Shown: positions 10,346 through 23,860 of the stretch, piece after piece
How positions within the stretch are numbered: position 1 is the stretch's first letter
Layout of the letters: every line of letters begins with the position of its first letter
Assembly (NCBI GenBank): GCA_963768305.1
Contig: CAVYHE010000008.1
Location: 16,565 to 80,564 of the forward strand
Origin: an uncultured bacterium
GTDB lineage: Bacteria > Margulisbacteria > WOR-1 > CAVSGV01
Reading direction: 5' to 3'
DNA length: 64,000 bases
Translations under genes and position numbers: made by a program
Notes under the pieces: generated by a model
Told to the model about the DNA's origin: nothing
Database searches by the model: none
Seen by the model: the letters and a program-made list of their open reading frames with translations, nothing else

Positions 10346-11858
10346 CCAGTATTTTCATCTCTTCCGGAGCAGCGTTCGTCTCCTTGATCTCCAAAGATCT
10401 CATATGAGGGAATAAGAGCACATCCCTGATGGATGTCTGACCAGTTAACAGCATAATGATCCTGTCCACCCCTATACCCAATCCCCCTGTTGGCGGCATG
10501 CCGTACTCAAGCGCGCGGAGGAAATCCTCATCCATGGATTCCGCTTCGTCGTCCCCCGCTTCCCTCGCCTTCACCTGCTCCTTGAACCGTTCTCTCTGGT
10601 CCACCGGATCATTGAGCTCTGAAAAAGAATTCGCCAGCTCCATTCCCGCGGCAATGACCTCGAAACGTTCAACGAGTTTCGGGTTCCCCCTTTTCCTTTT
10701 CGCAAGAGGCGAAGTTTCAACCGGGTAATCGATAACGAAAGTCGGCTGGATAAGCTTATCTTCGACAAAAGTATCATAGAGATGATTTATTATCTTTCCG
10801 ACGGGAAGCTCGTCGTGGCCTTCTATGCCTTTCTGCTTTGCGATGGCCCTTAATCCTTTTTCATCCGTATTGATATCGATGTTCGCGTATTTCTTTAACG
10901 CGTCATGAAGCGTGATCCTCGGCCACGGCGGCTTAAAATCTATTTCATGGTCCTTGTACTTGAACTTGGTAGTGCCCAGGACTTTTTGAGCGATGGATGA
11001 TATCAGATCTTCCGTAAGCTCCATCATGTCGTTGTAATCGGCGTAAGCTTCGTAAAGCTCCAGCATTGTATATTCCGGATTGTGCTTGAACGATATCCCC
11101 TCGTTCCTGAAAACCCTGCCTATCTCGAACACTTTTTCGAATCCTCCTACAATCAGGCGTTTTAAATGAAGTTCAAGCGCGATCCTCAGGTAAAGGTCCA
11201 TGTCCAGCGCGTTATGGTAGGTCTCAAAAGGCCGCGCTGCGGCGCCGCCCGGCTGGACGTGAAGCACCGGAGTTTCAACCTCAAGATAGCCTCTGGAAAT
11301 AAGAAAATTCCTGATCTCGGAGATTATTTTGCTTCTTTTTACAAATACGTCCTTAACTTCGTGATTAACTATAAGGTCAACATAGCGCTCCCTGTATCTT
11401 AATTCCTTGTCGGTCAATCCGTGCCATTTTTCAGGCAGCGGATGAAGTGATTTTGATAAAAGTTCGAGTTCTGATACTTTTACCGATATCTCCCCTGTCC
11501 TTGTCCTGAAGATAACTCCCTTTACGCCGATGAAGTCGCCGATATCAAGTTTTTCGAACAATCCATATTTATCTGCGCCGATATTATCAAGCTTCACGTA
11601 TATCTGGATCTTTCCTGTTCCGTCCTGTATGTTCGCGAAAGACGCTTTTCCGTGACCGCGTTTTGTCATGATCCTTCCCGCAAGTATGATCTCTTCGGAG
11701 CTTGTTCCTTCAGCCTGCAGGTCCTTATATTTTTCAAGGACCGCAGCCGCGTTGGTGTTCCTCAGAAAGCGATAAGGATAAGGATCGATATTTTTCGCCC
11801 TTAACTCGTCGAGTTTCGCTCTCCTGACTTTTAATAATTCCGATAACTCTTCGCTCAT
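10317..11858 (-). CDS. lysS: Lysine--tRNA ligase (class II)
   Basis: [18 protein letters not shown]...HNPEYT and [15 protein letters not shown]. Confidence 0.97.
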   Translation of the reverse strand: MSEELSELLKVRRAKLDELRAKNIDPYPYRFLRNTNAAAVLEKYKDLQAEGTSSEEIILAGRIMTKRGHGKASFANIQDGTGKIQIYVKLDNIGADKYGLFEKLDIGDFIGVKGVIFRTRTGEISVKVSELELLSKSLHPLPEKWHGLTDKELRYRERYVDLIVNHEVKDVFVKRSKIISEIRNFLISRGYLEVETPVLHVQPGGAAARPFETYHNALDMDLYLRIALELHLKRLIVGGFEKVFEIGRVFRNEGISFKHNPEYTMLELYEAYADYNDMMELTEDLISSIAQKVLGTTKFKYKDHEIDFKPPWPRITLHDALKKYANIDINTDEKGLRAIAKQKGIEGHDELPVGKIINHLYDTFVEDKLIQPTFVIDYPVETSPLAKRKRGNPKLVERFEVIAAGMELANSFSELNDPVDQRERFKEQVKAREAGDDEAESMDEDFLRALEYGMPPTGGLGIGVDRIIMLLTGQTSIRDVLLFPHMRSLEIKETNAAPEEMKILDDNHRKKRI

Positions 11859-12583
11859 TTTTCTCTTCTAGCCCCTCTATATATCATGTTCAATCCTTTA
11901 AGCGTAAGGTCCGGATCGACTATATCGATCATTTTTGTGCCTTTTGCGATCAGCGGCGAAAGCCCGCCGGTCGCTATGACCTTTGCTTTTCCCCCGAGTT
12001 CTTTCCTGAAACGCTTTATCATACCTTCTATCATTTCGATGTAACCCCAGTATAATCCAGATCTCATCGCTTCGATAGTGTTTTTACCTATGACATTTTT
12101 CGGCTTTTTTATCTTTATCAAAGGAAGTTTGGCTGTCCTCTCGTGCAGAACATCCCTGGATATCGCAAGCCCCGAAGTTATCGCTCCGCCCAGGTACCGC
12201 CCCGATCCGTCGATGGCGCAAAAAGTGGTCGCCGTGCCCAGGTCGATTATGACAGCGGGCGGACCATATAATTTTACTGCCGCGGCAGCATTCACTAGCC
12301 TGTCCACGCCGACCTGCCCTTTGTTCTTTAGCATGATCCTGATGGACTTGATGCCTTTCCAGGTCACCACCGCGGGATCTATCCCGTAACGCTTCCGGAT
12401 ATTTTCCGCGACTATTCTCGTTATCTTCGGAACGACACTGGAAATGACCGCCGCATCTATATTTCCCGCTGCCTTGACACTATTGGACGCGAGTGTTAGC
12501 ATTCGATGCTTGCTGACAAGCCTGTTGCCTTTGAAAAGCCCGAAAACGATGTTCGTATTGCCTATGTCCACAGCAAGCAGCAT
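11855..12583 (-). CDS. coaX: Type III pantothenate kinase
   Basis: Start placed at [10 protein letters not shown] (12583); GVDR, DLGTATT and ATGG motifs. Confidence 0.93.
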   Translation of the reverse strand: MLLAVDIGNTNIVFGLFKGNRLVSKHRMLTLASNSVKAAGNIDAAVISSVVPKITRIVAENIRKRYGIDPAVVTWKGIKSIRIMLKNKGQVGVDRLVNAAAAVKLYGPPAVIIDLGTATTFCAIDGSGRYLGGAITSGLAISRDVLHERTAKLPLIKIKKPKNVIGKNTIEAMRSGLYWGYIEMIEGMIKRFRKELGGKAKVIATGGLSPLIAKGTKMIDIVDPDLTLKGLNMIYRGARREK

Positions 12584-12613
12584 AAATATCAAGAAAATTA
12601 TAACACAAAAAAG

Positions 12614-12640
12614 TGAAATTTTCGGCCAAACTTGACGATA
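12614..12640 (+). promoter_or_regulatory. Putative alternative-sigma (sigma28-like) promoter TGAAATTT-N13-ACGATA
   Basis: Same motif and spacing recur at 31681-31708(-) and 50441-50468(-), each upstream of an orphan gene. Confidence 0.6.
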
Positions 12641-12664
12641 TATATACGAGAGGTGCATCAGCAA

Positions 12665-12967
12665 ATGAGCAAAGCCAAACTGAATAGGTCGAAGAGCCCG
12701 AAAGAAATGTACGTAAAGGTCATTAATGTTGCCTCCAGTAAGACATCTGACGGCAACCTCTCAAGAATAAAAGAAGAATATGACAGAGAAGGCCATTTAA
12801 TGAGAAGCTGGAACGTTTTCTCGGCCGCAGGAATAGCCGCATCCGTCGCCCTCATCGCCAGCCTCGCCGCCTCAGTACTTGGAGTGCCCATTTCCCTTCC
12901 CGAAGTTTTCACCCTTGTCAGCGGTTCTTTGATGTTCGGCTTACTGGCCGGATTTATCCTCAGCTAA
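12665..12967 (+). CDS. Orphan small membrane protein (two C-terminal TM helices)
   Basis: GAGAGGTG SD-like sequence before ATG 12665; basic N-terminus and hydrophobic C-terminus; opposite strand to its neighbours. Confidence 0.6.
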   Translation: MSKAKLNRSKSPKEMYVKVINVASSKTSDGNLSRIKEEYDREGHLMRSWNVFSAAGIAASVALIASLAASVLGVPISLPEVFTLVSGSLMFGLLAGFILS

Positions 12968-13888
12968 CTGTTCAATTATCTGCTTCATGTCCCCGGGAAT
13001 GTCCGACCTGAATTCAAGCGATCTTCCTGTTACAGGATGATGGAACGAAAGCATGACCGCGTGCAACAGCTGCCTGGCCGCATCGATCGAACATTTTTTC
13101 CTTGAATAAACGCTGTCACCGACTACGGGATGGCCGATATGTGACAGATGCACCCTTATCTGATGCGTGCGACCGGTCTTCAGGTCCAGTTCAACAAGAG
13201 TGTACTGCTCTTTGCCGGCTGACAATCTTTTAATGACCTTATAATATGTTAGGGCCTCGCGCTTTTTCACGTTCGCTGCCGTGAGGACGGCCATTTTTTT
13301 CCTGTGGACAGGATGCCTCCCGATCGGCGCGTCAATGACACCGGCTTGATCTTTCATTTTGCCGTGGACGAGCGCAACATAGATCTTCTTCACTTCCCGG
13401 TTCTTTATCTGCGCCGAAAGCCCTTTGTGCGACGCGTCATTCTTCGCGAAGACCATCAATCCCGAGGTGTCCTTATCGAGCCTGTGGACCACGCCCGGGC
13501 GGACGCAGCCGCCTATACCGGAAATATCCCTGCAATGGTGGAGAAGAGCATTGACAAGTGTCCCCCGCTCATTGCCCGCCGCCGGATGGACCACAATACC
13601 GGGCGGCTTGTTTATTACGATGATATCTTTGTCTTCATAAACTATATCAAGCGGTATGTCCTCCGGCTTTGCGGAGATCTCTTCGGCTTGCGGGATGCTG
13701 ACGATTATCCTGTCGTTCTCCTTGATATTATAGCTCGGCTTGGTGAGGCCGTTATTCAATTTGATATGACCGGCTCTTATCAGCTTATCGGTCTGGGAGC
13801 GCGAAAGTCCTGTCTCGCGGGAAAGAAAAACATCTATCCGTTCTCTTGAAGAGCCCGGTCTAACGATTATGTCGAACTTTTTTTCCAT
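12941..13888 (-). CDS. rluD: RluA/RluD-family pseudouridine synthase
   Basis: S4 domain, VHRLDKDTSGL and TGRTHQIRVH. Confidence 0.9.
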   Translation of the reverse strand: MEKKFDIIVRPGSSRERIDVFLSRETGLSRSQTDKLIRAGHIKLNNGLTKPSYNIKENDRIIVSIPQAEEISAKPEDIPLDIVYEDKDIIVINKPPGIVVHPAAGNERGTLVNALLHHCRDISGIGGCVRPGVVHRLDKDTSGLMVFAKNDASHKGLSAQIKNREVKKIYVALVHGKMKDQAGVIDAPIGRHPVHRKKMAVLTAANVKKREALTYYKVIKRLSAGKEQYTLVELDLKTGRTHQIRVHLSHIGHPVVGDSVYSRKKCSIDAARQLLHAVMLSFHHPVTGRSLEFRSDIPGDMKQIIEQLAEDKSGQ

Positions 13889-14562
13889 AACGCATATGAG
13901 GAAACGAGGAACAACAAGAATGCTGCCAGCTGATTGGGAGTGAATATGCCGATATGGACCGGGCTGTATCTGATGAATTCCATAAAGAACCGGTATATCG
14001 AATACAAGAACAACGCATAAAGGAATATCTGGCCGTCATATTTCTTTTTATCATAATAATAGACAAGAATGAATAAAATGACCAGGCCCGCGAGCGAAGA
14101 ATAAAGTTGTGTGGGTTGGTCGATCCCGAAAAGTGTTATGCCGTAGCAGCATCCGTTCAGATAGCAGCCGATACGGCCGATCGCGTAGCCCAAAGCCGCA
14201 GCAGGAGAAACGGCATCCAGCAGCTTCATTATATCGATCTTATGATATTTCGTATAAATATAAATGACGATGAGCGCGGCAAGAAGTCCGCCCGCAAATG
14301 CCATCCCTCCTTGATTCACATAAAGGATAGATATTGGATCTTTAATGAAGCTGGAAGGAAATGCCGCCACATATATCAATCTTGCGCCGACTATGACCGA
14401 TATGACAACATAAATGAAAAGATCATAGAGATGGTCGTCCTTTATTCCCTCGCGTTCCGCATACCGCAAAGCCACGGCAAGCCCGGCAAGGAACCCTACG
14501 GCGGCCATCAAACCCCAGGAATAAATATTGAAAGGGCCTATTCTGCAGATCACCGGATGCAT
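13867..14562 (-). CDS. lgt: Prolipoprotein diacylglyceryl transferase
   Basis: GARL, GRIGCYLNGCCYG, PTQLY and RFFMEFIR. Confidence 0.9.
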   Translation of the reverse strand: MHPVICRIGPFNIYSWGLMAAVGFLAGLAVALRYAEREGIKDDHLYDLFIYVVISVIVGARLIYVAAFPSSFIKDPISILYVNQGGMAFAGGLLAALIVIYIYTKYHKIDIMKLLDAVSPAAALGYAIGRIGCYLNGCCYGITLFGIDQPTQLYSSLAGLVILFILVYYYDKKKYDGQIFLYALFLYSIYRFFMEFIRYSPVHIGIFTPNQLAAFLLFLVSSYALWKKSST

Positions 14563-14993
14563 TATTTTCTCTCCAATATGAACGTCGCGATTATCAATAA
14601 AACCCCCGCGTTTATGGCCGCGTCGGCAAAATTGAAAACGGGAAAGACCCTGAAATCCACATAATCTATCACATAGCCGAAGAATATCCTGTCAAAAAGA
14701 TTACCCAGGCTGCCCCCCAATATCAACGCAAGACAAAAACTGAGGAACAGATTTTGATTGCCTGATCTTGCCTGATAATAGACGACAAGAGCGCAAATGA
14801 GCACGCCGATAAGGATAAGTATGATCCTCTGCCCCGGAAAAAGCCCGAACGCGACCCCGGTATTGCGAACATAGGTCAGGTTAAAAAAACCTTTTATTAA
14901 AGGAATGGATCCTACAGGAGAAATACGCGCCGAAATGATGGATTTTAAGATGCGGTCAAAAAGGAAGACCAGAAGGGCGGATAAATAAAACAA
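14562..14993 (-). CDS. lspA: Lipoprotein signal peptidase II
   Basis: NTGVAFG, GNLFDR, VIDYV and FNFAD. Confidence 0.92.
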   Translation of the reverse strand: MFYLSALLVFLFDRILKSIISARISPVGSIPLIKGFFNLTYVRNTGVAFGLFPGQRIILILIGVLICALVVYYQARSGNQNLFLSFCLALILGGSLGNLFDRIFFGYVIDYVDFRVFPVFNFADAAINAGVLLIIATFILERK

Positions 14994-15332
14994 TCACATT
15001 CCCCCGGAATCAAGTTTTATCCTGGAACCCGCTCTCAGGTGCGTATTGACCGCTTCCACGAGCTGGGCTATCATCTGGCCGACGTACGGAAGAGTAATAA
15101 GATGCGATAATACCTTCGTCAGGATGATCATAACAACCGCAAAAATTATCGTGAGGCCTATGGCAAGGCCGAAACCGCGCATTATGCCCGCAAGAAGGTT
15201 CGTTAAGAGCACCTTCCACGGATTCCCCACGAATTTCAGGTAATCCTGGATCGTTGCTTTCTCAAAATGCGCAGCCAGCTTTTCGATATTCTTGTTCATT
15301 CTCTCCAACATATTTATTTCTTTCTCATCCAT
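14994..15332 (-). CDS. DUF5665-like membrane protein
   Basis: P(W)K...NLLAGIMRGFGLAIGLT pattern. Confidence 0.65.
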   Translation of the reverse strand: MDEKEINMLERMNKNIEKLAAHFEKATIQDYLKFVGNPWKVLLTNLLAGIMRGFGLAIGLTIIFAVVMIILTKVLSHLITLPYVGQMIAQLVEAVNTHLRAGSRIKLDSGGM

Positions 15333-15382
15333 TTGATGTCACTCCTTAACTTTTGCCTTTTTACTTTTGCCTTTTGCGTTTG

Positions 15383-16657
<1,275 letters not shown>

Positions 16658-19456
16658 TTATAACATTTTACTGACAACAGAGACACATCGTTCACAAAGG
16701 CCGGAGTGCTCGGCATTCTTCCCGACTGAATCCAGGTGCATCCAGCATCTTTCGCACTTTTTGCCTTCTGCTTTTTTGACGATAATATTCCTGCTGCCTT
16801 TTTCGACAATGAACTCGGAAACAATGAATATGGATGGCAGCTGAGTTTCCATGCTCTTCATCAGTTGAAAGTCGTTGCCATCAAGGGAAATCTCAACCCT
16901 TGCTTCAAGCGGATGACTTATCGATTTTTCAGCCCTGGCATTTTCGATCGATCTATATACTTCGCTTCTTATCTCCAGCAGCTTATTCCATTTATCCTCA
17001 AGCTTTTTGTCAAGATATTTATCATCAACCTCCGGAAAATCTTCCTCGAAGATTGAATTCTGGGATTTGGGACTTGTTTCGGATCTCGGATCTCCGACCT
17101 CGGATCTGTTCATGTGTTTAAATATGTCTTCCGCCGTGAACGAGAGTATCGGCGCAAAAAGCTTGATCATTATTCGCAATATTTCACTCATTGCGGTCTG
17201 TGACGACCTGCGCAGACGCCCGTTCCTGCTCTCGCAATAAAGCCGGTCCTTAATGATATCAAAATACAGGGAGCTCAGGTCATTAACGCAGAATTGGTGG
17301 ATCGAGTGAAAAACAAGATGGAACTCGAATTCATCATAAGCTTTTCGCGCCCGCTCAATGAGCCTGTGGGCCCGCAGCATCGCCCACTTATCTATCTCTT
17401 CCATATCATTGTATGCGACCGCATTTTTTGCCGGGTCAAGATCATTCAAATTGCTTATCAGGAATCTGCATGTATTGCGGATCTTGGAGAACGCATCGCT
17501 GACCTGCTTCAATATTTCCTTGGAAGCGCTCATATCGTTCCTGAAATCGGCCGAAGCGACCCATAACCGGAGAACATCCGCTCCGAATTCCTTCACGACG
17601 ACCTGAGGATCAACGACATTTCCCACGGATTTGCTCATTTTTTTCCCCGTATCATCCACTGTGAACCCGTGGGTCAGCACGGCTTTATATGGCGCCTTTT
17701 CCTCCGCGCCGACAGCTGTTAAAAGCGAGGACTGGAACCAGCCCCTGTGCTGGTCGCTGCCTTCCAGGTACAGGTCAGCAGGCCATGAAAGTTCTTTCTT
17801 TTCTTTTAATACCGACCAATGTGAAGCTCCGGATTCGAACCAGACATCCAGTATGTCGGTCTCTTTTTCAAAATCTTTTCCGCCGCAGTCGCCGCACTTG
17901 AGGCCTTTCGCTATATCATTCGCTCCCATCTCGAACCACGCATTCGATCCTTTGGCCCTGAAAAGGTCAACGATCGCTTTGTTGAAATCGCCTTTATACT
18001 GCGGCTTCCCGCATTTCTTGCAGTAAAGAGCCGGTATCGGCACGCCCCAGTAGCGCTGACGTGAAATGCACCAGTCGGGGCGCTGGGTCACCATTCCCCT
18101 TATCCTGCTCTCTCCCCATGCCGGATACCATTTTGTTTCGCCGATAGCTTTCAGCGCCTTTGCCCTGAGCTCGTTCTTGTCGATCGAGATGAACCACTGC
18201 TCGGTGGCCCTGAATATGACGGGTTTCCTGCATCTCCAGCAGTGAGGATAGCTGTGTTTCACGGTTTCGGCTAAAAGAAGTGAACCGTCCCGCTGCATAT
18301 CGGCAACTATCAGGTCGTTCGCTTCATCATACCGCTTGCCTTCATACCTGCCCGCTTCCTTCGTGAAATATCCTTTCCCGTCCACCGGCATTACGATCGG
18401 TAATTTATATTTGAGCCCGACCTGGTAGTCTTCCTCGCCGTGTCCGGGAGCGATGTGGACAAGCCCTGTCCCCTGCTCCAGCGTAACGTAATCATCCAGG
18501 ACTATCGGCACATCCCTGTCCATGAACGGATGGCGGCAGATTATTCCTTCAAGTATTTTGCCTTTGAATTTTCCGGCCATCTGAAATTCCTTGATGCCGA
18601 GTTTCTTGACCAAACTTTCGAGCGATCCTTCAGCCACGACCAATATTTCATTTCCTACCGATATCGCGGCGTATTCGTGTTCCGGATGAGCAGCAATGGC
18701 AACGTTCGCGGGAAGCGTCCAAGGAGTCGTGGTCCATACTACAAAATATGAATCCCCCGTAAGGACATCCTGAAGCTGGCGGAATTCGGGGCTTTTTGAT
18801 TCAATGGATTTAACTTTGAATTTCACATAGACCGAAACCGAATCATCATCCTGATACTCAATTTCGGCTTCCGCTAATGCAGTTTCATCCACCGGGCACC
18901 AGTGGATAGGCTTAAGGCCCCTGTAAACAAAGCCCTTTTCAGCGAGGATGCCAAAAAGCTTCGCTATCCCGCTTTCATAATCATATTTGATCGTCAGATA
19001 AGGATCGTTCCAGTCCCCGACGCAGCCCAGGCGCTTGAATTCCTCGCGCTGGACATCCACATATTTCAATGCGTATTCCTGGCATTTTTTCCTGAACTCA
19101 AGCGCGTCCATCGCTTTCCTTTTCAGTCCGAGTTCCTTTATCATCTGGGTCTCTATCGGAAGCCCGTGGCAGTCCCATCCGGGAATGAACGGAGAATAAT
19201 ATCCGGCCATTGACTTGTATTTAACGACAATGTCTTTCAGTATTTTGTTGAGGGCGTGCCCGAGGTGGATATCGCCGTTGGGATAAGGGGGGCCGTCATG
19301 AAGAATGAACTTCTTTTTGTCCCTGTGTTTTTCCTTCATTCGGCCGTAAACTTTTTCTTTGTCCCAAAAAGCCAACAGCTCAGGCTCGAGCTTCGCATGG
19401 TTGGCCTTTATAGGGAAATCCGTCTTCGGAAGATTTAAGGTGTTCTTATATTCCAT
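16658..19456 (-). CDS. ileS: Isoleucine--tRNA ligase (type 1)
   Basis: HLGH, GWDCHGLP, EGSDQHRGWF, KMSKS and C-terminal CERCW zinc finger. Confidence 0.97.
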   Translation of the reverse strand: MEYKNTLNLPKTDFPIKANHAKLEPELLAFWDKEKVYGRMKEKHRDKKKFILHDGPPYPNGDIHLGHALNKILKDIVVKYKSMAGYYSPFIPGWDCHGLPIETQMIKELGLKRKAMDALEFRKKCQEYALKYVDVQREEFKRLGCVGDWNDPYLTIKYDYESGIAKLFGILAEKGFVYRGLKPIHWCPVDETALAEAEIEYQDDDSVSVYVKFKVKSIESKSPEFRQLQDVLTGDSYFVVWTTTPWTLPANVAIAAHPEHEYAAISVGNEILVVAEGSLESLVKKLGIKEFQMAGKFKGKILEGIICRHPFMDRDVPIVLDDYVTLEQGTGLVHIAPGHGEEDYQVGLKYKLPIVMPVDGKGYFTKEAGRYEGKRYDEANDLIVADMQRDGSLLLAETVKHSYPHCWRCRKPVIFRATEQWFISIDKNELRAKALKAIGETKWYPAWGESRIRGMVTQRPDWCISRQRYWGVPIPALYCKKCGKPQYKGDFNKAIVDLFRAKGSNAWFEMGANDIAKGLKCGDCGGKDFEKETDILDVWFESGASHWSVLKEKKELSWPADLYLEGSDQHRGWFQSSLLTAVGAEEKAPYKAVLTHGFTVDDTGKKMSKSVGNVVDPQVVVKEFGADVLRLWVASADFRNDMSASKEILKQVSDAFSKIRNTCRFLISNLNDLDPAKNAVAYNDMEEIDKWAMLRAHRLIERARKAYDEFEFHLVFHSIHQFCVNDLSSLYFDIIKDRLYCESRNGRLRRSSQTAMSEILRIMIKLFAPILSFTAEDIFKHMNRSEVGDPRSETSPKSQNSIFEEDFPEVDDKYLDKKLEDKWNKLLEIRSEVYRSIENARAEKSISHPLEARVEISLDGNDFQLMKSMETQLPSIFIVSEFIVEKGSRNIIVKKAEGKKCERCWMHLDSVGKNAEHSGLCERCVSVVSKML

Positions 19457-19459
19457 AAG

Positions 19460-21889
19460 CTATGAAAGCATCGGTCCTTCTATTGAAGGCGGATACTTGG
19501 GCGGGGCGCTTTTTCTTTTTACAGGCTCGGGCTTCTTTGCCAATGCGACAGGAAAGACCTCGTCAATCTCTTTTACCAGATGGAATTTGATATCGAGCGG
19601 TATCTCCTGCTTTATCTCATCCAGATCTTTTTTGTTCTCTTCAGGCAGTATCACGTCAGTGATCCCCGCCCTTCTCGCGGCCAGGAGCTTCTCTTTTAAT
19701 CCGCCGATCGGAAGCACCTTGCCGAGAAGTGTTATCTCACCTGTCATCGCAACATCATGCCTGATCGGTATCTGTGTTAGGGCTGATGCAAGTGCCGTAG
19801 CAATGGTTATCCCGGCGGAAGGGCCGTCCTTCGGCACAGCGCCTTCCGGCACGTGAATATGTATATCCGTCTTCCTGTAAAAGTCCTCATCAATTCCCAG
19901 AGCATCCGCGCGGGACCTTATACAGCTCAACGCCGCCTTCGCGGATTCCTGCATTACATCTCCAAGCTGCCCTGTCAATGTCAGGTTCCCGCGCCCTTTC
20001 ATTATGGAGACTTCTATAGGAACAGTATCGCCGCCAACTTCGGTCCAAACCAGGCCGGTAGCCGCCCCGATCTGATCTTTTTCTTCGGCAACGCCGAACC
20101 TGTATTTTGGTGCGCCCAGGTATTCATGGAGGTCGCTGGCTTTCACGACCACTTTGCCTTCCTTTTTCTTCCTGACGAACACCGTCGCTATTTTGCGCAT
20201 TATAGTCGCAATTGTGCGCTCCACCGATCTGACCCCGGCTTCCTTGGTGTATTCCCGTAATATCGATATTAGCGCGTCTTCCTTGAATTCGATCTGATCG
20301 CTCTTCAGGCCGTGGTTCTTCAGCTCTTTCGGAACAAGGAATCCTTTTACTATCCCCAGTTTTTCCTCTTCCGTATATCCGGACATTTCGATGATCTCCA
20401 TCCTGTCCCTTAGCGGCCTTGGTATGGGATCCGCCGTGTTCGCGGTCGTGATGAAAAAAACATCCGAAAGATCGAATGCGGTCTCCAGATAATGGTCGCT
20501 GAAAGTCTTGTTCTGCTCGGGATCAAGCACTTCCAGCAGTGCGGCGCCGGGATCGCCCCGGAAGTCAGTACCGAGCTTGTCTATCTCATCTAAAAGAAAG
20601 ACTGGGTTGGAAACACCGACCTTACTGATCGATTGTATGATCCTTCCGGGAAGTGAGCCGACATACGTTCTCCTGTGGCCGCGAATTTCCGCTTCATCCC
20701 TCATGCCGCCAAGAGATACCCTGGTGAATTTTCTTCCCATCGCCCTGGCGATGGATGAAGCGATAGATGTCTTGCCGACGCCAGGAGGTCCGATGAGACA
20801 GAGGATCGTCCCGCCTATCTTCCCGGTAAGCTGCAGGACAGCGAAATATTCAAGGATCCTTTCCTTCACTTTTTTGAGGCCGTAATGGTCTTCATTAAGG
20901 ATCTTTTCCACTTCCGCCATGTCAAGCTTGCTCTTTGTCTTTTTATGCCAGGGAAGGTCTATCAGCCAGTCAAGATATGTGCGGATCACCGTCGCTTCCG
21001 CTGCCATTGACGGCATTTTTGAAAGCCTTTCCAGCTCTTTGTCCGCTTTTTCCTTGACTTCGGGAGGCAGTTTTGCCTTCAGTATTTTTTTCCTGTATTC
21101 TCCTATCTCGGGAGGCGCGCCTTCCTCCTCCTCACCAAGCTCATCCTGGATCGCGCGCAGCTTCTCCTTAAGATAATATTCTTTCTGGACCTTCTCTATC
21201 TGACGCCTCACCTTCCCCTGAAGCTTCTTTTCAACCTCCAGGACCTCTATTTCCTTGTCCAGGAAATGGGAAAGTTTTTTCAGCCTCTGCTGGACCGTTA
21301 TGGCTTCAAGGATGGACTGTTTTTCATCCACCTTAAGCGTGAGATATGAGGCGATAAGGTCGGCAAGCCGGCCGGGATTATCTATGTTGATTATGGACAT
21401 CAAAGTTTCCGGAGGGATCCTCTTGTTCAATTTAACGTATTTTTCGAACTGCTGGATCACCAATCTGATTGACGCTTCCACTTCCACGGTCATGTCGTCT
21501 ATTTCGGGGATGCTGGATATTTTCACCTTGAAGAACGGCGATTCGGAAACAAAGCCCTCTATCTTAACGCGCGAGACCCCTTCAACAAGGATCTTCGTCG
21601 TTCCGTCGGGAAGCGCCTGTATCTGGACCACTTCGGAAAGCGTGCCGATACCGCAGATGTCGTCCGTATCCGGCTCTTCCACGTCCTCGCTCTTCTGGGA
21701 AGCGAAAACCACCATGCGCTCTTTGTTCAACACGCCTTCCAGCGCTTTCACGGACTTATTCCTCCCGATGAAAAGCGGTACGACCATCTGCGGGAACACG
21801 ACTATGTTCCTGAGAGGGATGAGCGGAAGGACATCCTTCCATTCCGAGAATTTTTCAGGATGCTTCTTATCTATCTTTTCTTCAGCCAT
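19460..21889 (-). CDS. lon: Lon protease
   Basis: GPPGVGKT and PKDGPSAG; follows clpX. Confidence 0.97.
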   Translation of the reverse strand: MAEEKIDKKHPEKFSEWKDVLPLIPLRNIVVFPQMVVPLFIGRNKSVKALEGVLNKERMVVFASQKSEDVEEPDTDDICGIGTLSEVVQIQALPDGTTKILVEGVSRVKIEGFVSESPFFKVKISSIPEIDDMTVEVEASIRLVIQQFEKYVKLNKRIPPETLMSIINIDNPGRLADLIASYLTLKVDEKQSILEAITVQQRLKKLSHFLDKEIEVLEVEKKLQGKVRRQIEKVQKEYYLKEKLRAIQDELGEEEEGAPPEIGEYRKKILKAKLPPEVKEKADKELERLSKMPSMAAEATVIRTYLDWLIDLPWHKKTKSKLDMAEVEKILNEDHYGLKKVKERILEYFAVLQLTGKIGGTILCLIGPPGVGKTSIASSIARAMGRKFTRVSLGGMRDEAEIRGHRRTYVGSLPGRIIQSISKVGVSNPVFLLDEIDKLGTDFRGDPGAALLEVLDPEQNKTFSDHYLETAFDLSDVFFITTANTADPIPRPLRDRMEIIEMSGYTEEEKLGIVKGFLVPKELKNHGLKSDQIEFKEDALISILREYTKEAGVRSVERTIATIMRKIATVFVRKKKEGKVVVKASDLHEYLGAPKYRFGVAEEKDQIGAATGLVWTEVGGDTVPIEVSIMKGRGNLTLTGQLGDVMQESAKAALSCIRSRADALGIDEDFYRKTDIHIHVPEGAVPKDGPSAGITIATALASALTQIPIRHDVAMTGEITLLGKVLPIGGLKEKLLAARRAGITDVILPEENKKDLDEIKQEIPLDIKFHLVKEIDEVFPVALAKKPEPVKRKSAPPKYPPSIEGPMLS

Positions 21890-21891
21890 TT

Positions 21892-23120
21892 TTATGCCGC
21901 CTTGAGCTGCGTTATTTCGGACCTTCTCATAAGTTTCTTTATGATCGATTCAGTGATGGTCACCTTGCCCGACCCCGACTTGGACGGCGCCTCGAACATA
22001 ACGTCCAGCATTATCTCTTCGATGATAGCGCGCAGGGCCCTGGCGCCTATCTTGCGCTTAAGAGCTGCCCTTGCTATAAGCTTAAGAGCGGGATCTGTGA
22101 ATTCCAGTTTCACTCCGTCCATCGCCAGCAGCTTTCCTGTACTGCTTCACCAGGGCGTTCTTCGGCTCTTTTAATATCCTGATCAAAGCTTTTTCATCAA
22201 GCGGGTTAAGGACCGCCACCGCCGGAAGACGGCCGATTATTTCGGGGATAAATCCGTATTTAAGAAGATCATCCGGCAGGACATGCTCAAGCACATCAAC
22301 TCGTATCCTTTCGTTAAGCGTGTCCTCGCCCTTGAACCCTATCCTTCCCTTTCCTATGCGCCGCTCGATAATGTTCTCAAGACCGTGGAAAGCGCCGCCT
22401 GCGATAAAAAGTATGTTCGTGGTGTCAAGCTGGATGAATTCCTGCTGAGGATGTTTTCTCCCGCCCTGCGGAGGGACATTTGCGACAGTACCTTCAAGCA
22501 GCTTAAGAAGCGCCTGTTGGACACCTTCTCCCGAAACATCCCTTGTGATGGAAGGATTCTCGGATTTTCTGGATATCTTATCGATCTCATCCAGATAAAT
22601 AATGCCTCGCGAAGCTTTGACCGGATCATAATCGCTTACCTGAAGTAATCTGGTCAGCACGGATTCCACATCCTCGCCAACATATCCCGCTTCGGTCAAA
22701 GTAGTGGCATCTGCGATGGCGAACGGGACGTTCAATATTTTTGCGAGCGTTTGCGCAAGAAGCGTTTTTCCGGAGCCGCTCGGCCCGATCAAGAGGATGT
22801 TGCTCTTCTGTATCTCCGTATCATCTTCCCTGGAAGATTTGATCGCCTCTTTTATAATGATTGTAGACTGCGACCGAGAGGACTTTTTTCGCCTTATCCT
22901 GTCCGATAACATACTGGTTCAGCATCTCGAACATATCTTTCGGCTTTGGGACCTTTGATATGCCTCCTGTTTCGGGGCGCTCTTGCTTTTTTCCTCCGCG
23001 GCCATTTCCAGGCATATCTTCGCGCACTGGTCGCAAATGTGGGCGTTAGGCCCCGCTATGAGGCGCCTGTCCGGGCCCTTCCGGTTTCCCGCAAAAAGCG
23101 CAGATTATCTGATCGTCCAT
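21892..23120 (-). CDS. clpX: ClpX ATPase (broken by several 1-bp indels)
   Basis: Fragments [50 protein letters not shown] and GARALR occur in order across frames. Confidence 0.92.
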
Positions 23121-23123
23121 TAA

Positions 23124-23756
23124 CTATCCTTTCGTTGACTTACCGGGCTTTATGATGCCTTTTTTGGTTTCAATGACCTCGTCGACGATCCCGTATTCCA
23201 CTGCCTCCGCCGCGGACATATAAAAATCCCTGTCAGTGTCTTTCTCCACCTTGGAAAGCGGCTGGCCCGAATGCTTTGCAAGCATTTCATTGAGCAGTTT
23301 TTTCATCCTTAATATTTCTTTTGTCTGGATCTCTATGTCGGTGGCCTGGCCCTGCGCGCCTCCGAGCGGCTGGTGGATCATTATGCGCGCGTTCGGAAGG
23401 GCGAATCTCTTTCCTTTTGAACCGGCCGCCAGGAGCATTGCGCCCATGCTTGCCGCCTGGCCTATGCAAATGGTGGTGACCGGCGATTTCAGGTACTGCA
23501 TCGTATCGTAGACGGCAAGCCCTGCCGTCACGACCCCTCCGGGGCTGTTGATATACATATTTATGTCCTTTTCATTGTCCTCCGATTCCAGGAACAGCAT
23601 CTGGGCGATGATAAGGTTCGCTATCTCATCATCCATCGGGGTCCCGATAAAGATTATCCTTTCTTTCAGTAATCTTGAAAATATATCATAGGCCCTCTCT
23701 CCCCTGCCGGACTGTTCAATGACCATCGGTATCACGTTTTGCCCTGTTTCTCTCAT
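23124..23756 (-). CDS. clpP: ClpP protease
   Basis: YINSPGG, AASMGA and MIHQPLGG. Confidence 0.97.
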   Translation of the reverse strand: MRETGQNVIPMVIEQSGRGERAYDIFSRLLKERIIFIGTPMDDEIANLIIAQMLFLESEDNEKDINMYINSPGGVVTAGLAVYDTMQYLKSPVTTICIGQAASMGAMLLAAGSKGKRFALPNARIMIHQPLGGAQGQATDIEIQTKEILRMKKLLNEMLAKHSGQPLSKVEKDTDRDFYMSAAEAVEYGIVDEVIETKKGIIKPGKSTKG

Positions 23757-23824
23757 AAAATTACCTCCTTATTCTCTCCCCAGATTTTCATGGATCATAA
23801 TCTACTACAACACCAGCTTCGCTT

Positions 23825-23859
23825 CCCTCTCCTTACAAAGGAGAGGGGTTGGGGGTGAG
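23825..23859. repeat. Palindromic element CCCTCTCCTT-aca-AAGGAGAGGG-gttgggggtgag (REP-like)
   Basis: Perfect 10-bp stem immediately after the tig stop codon. Confidence 0.6.
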
Positions 23860-23860
23860 A

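Noticed and set aside
21892-23120. clpX and other broken genes as true pseudogenes or programmed frameshifts
   Set aside because: Essential genes (tilS, prs, tsaE) are equally affected, the fragments are otherwise well conserved, and no consistent slippery motif is seen; sequencing error is more parsimonious.
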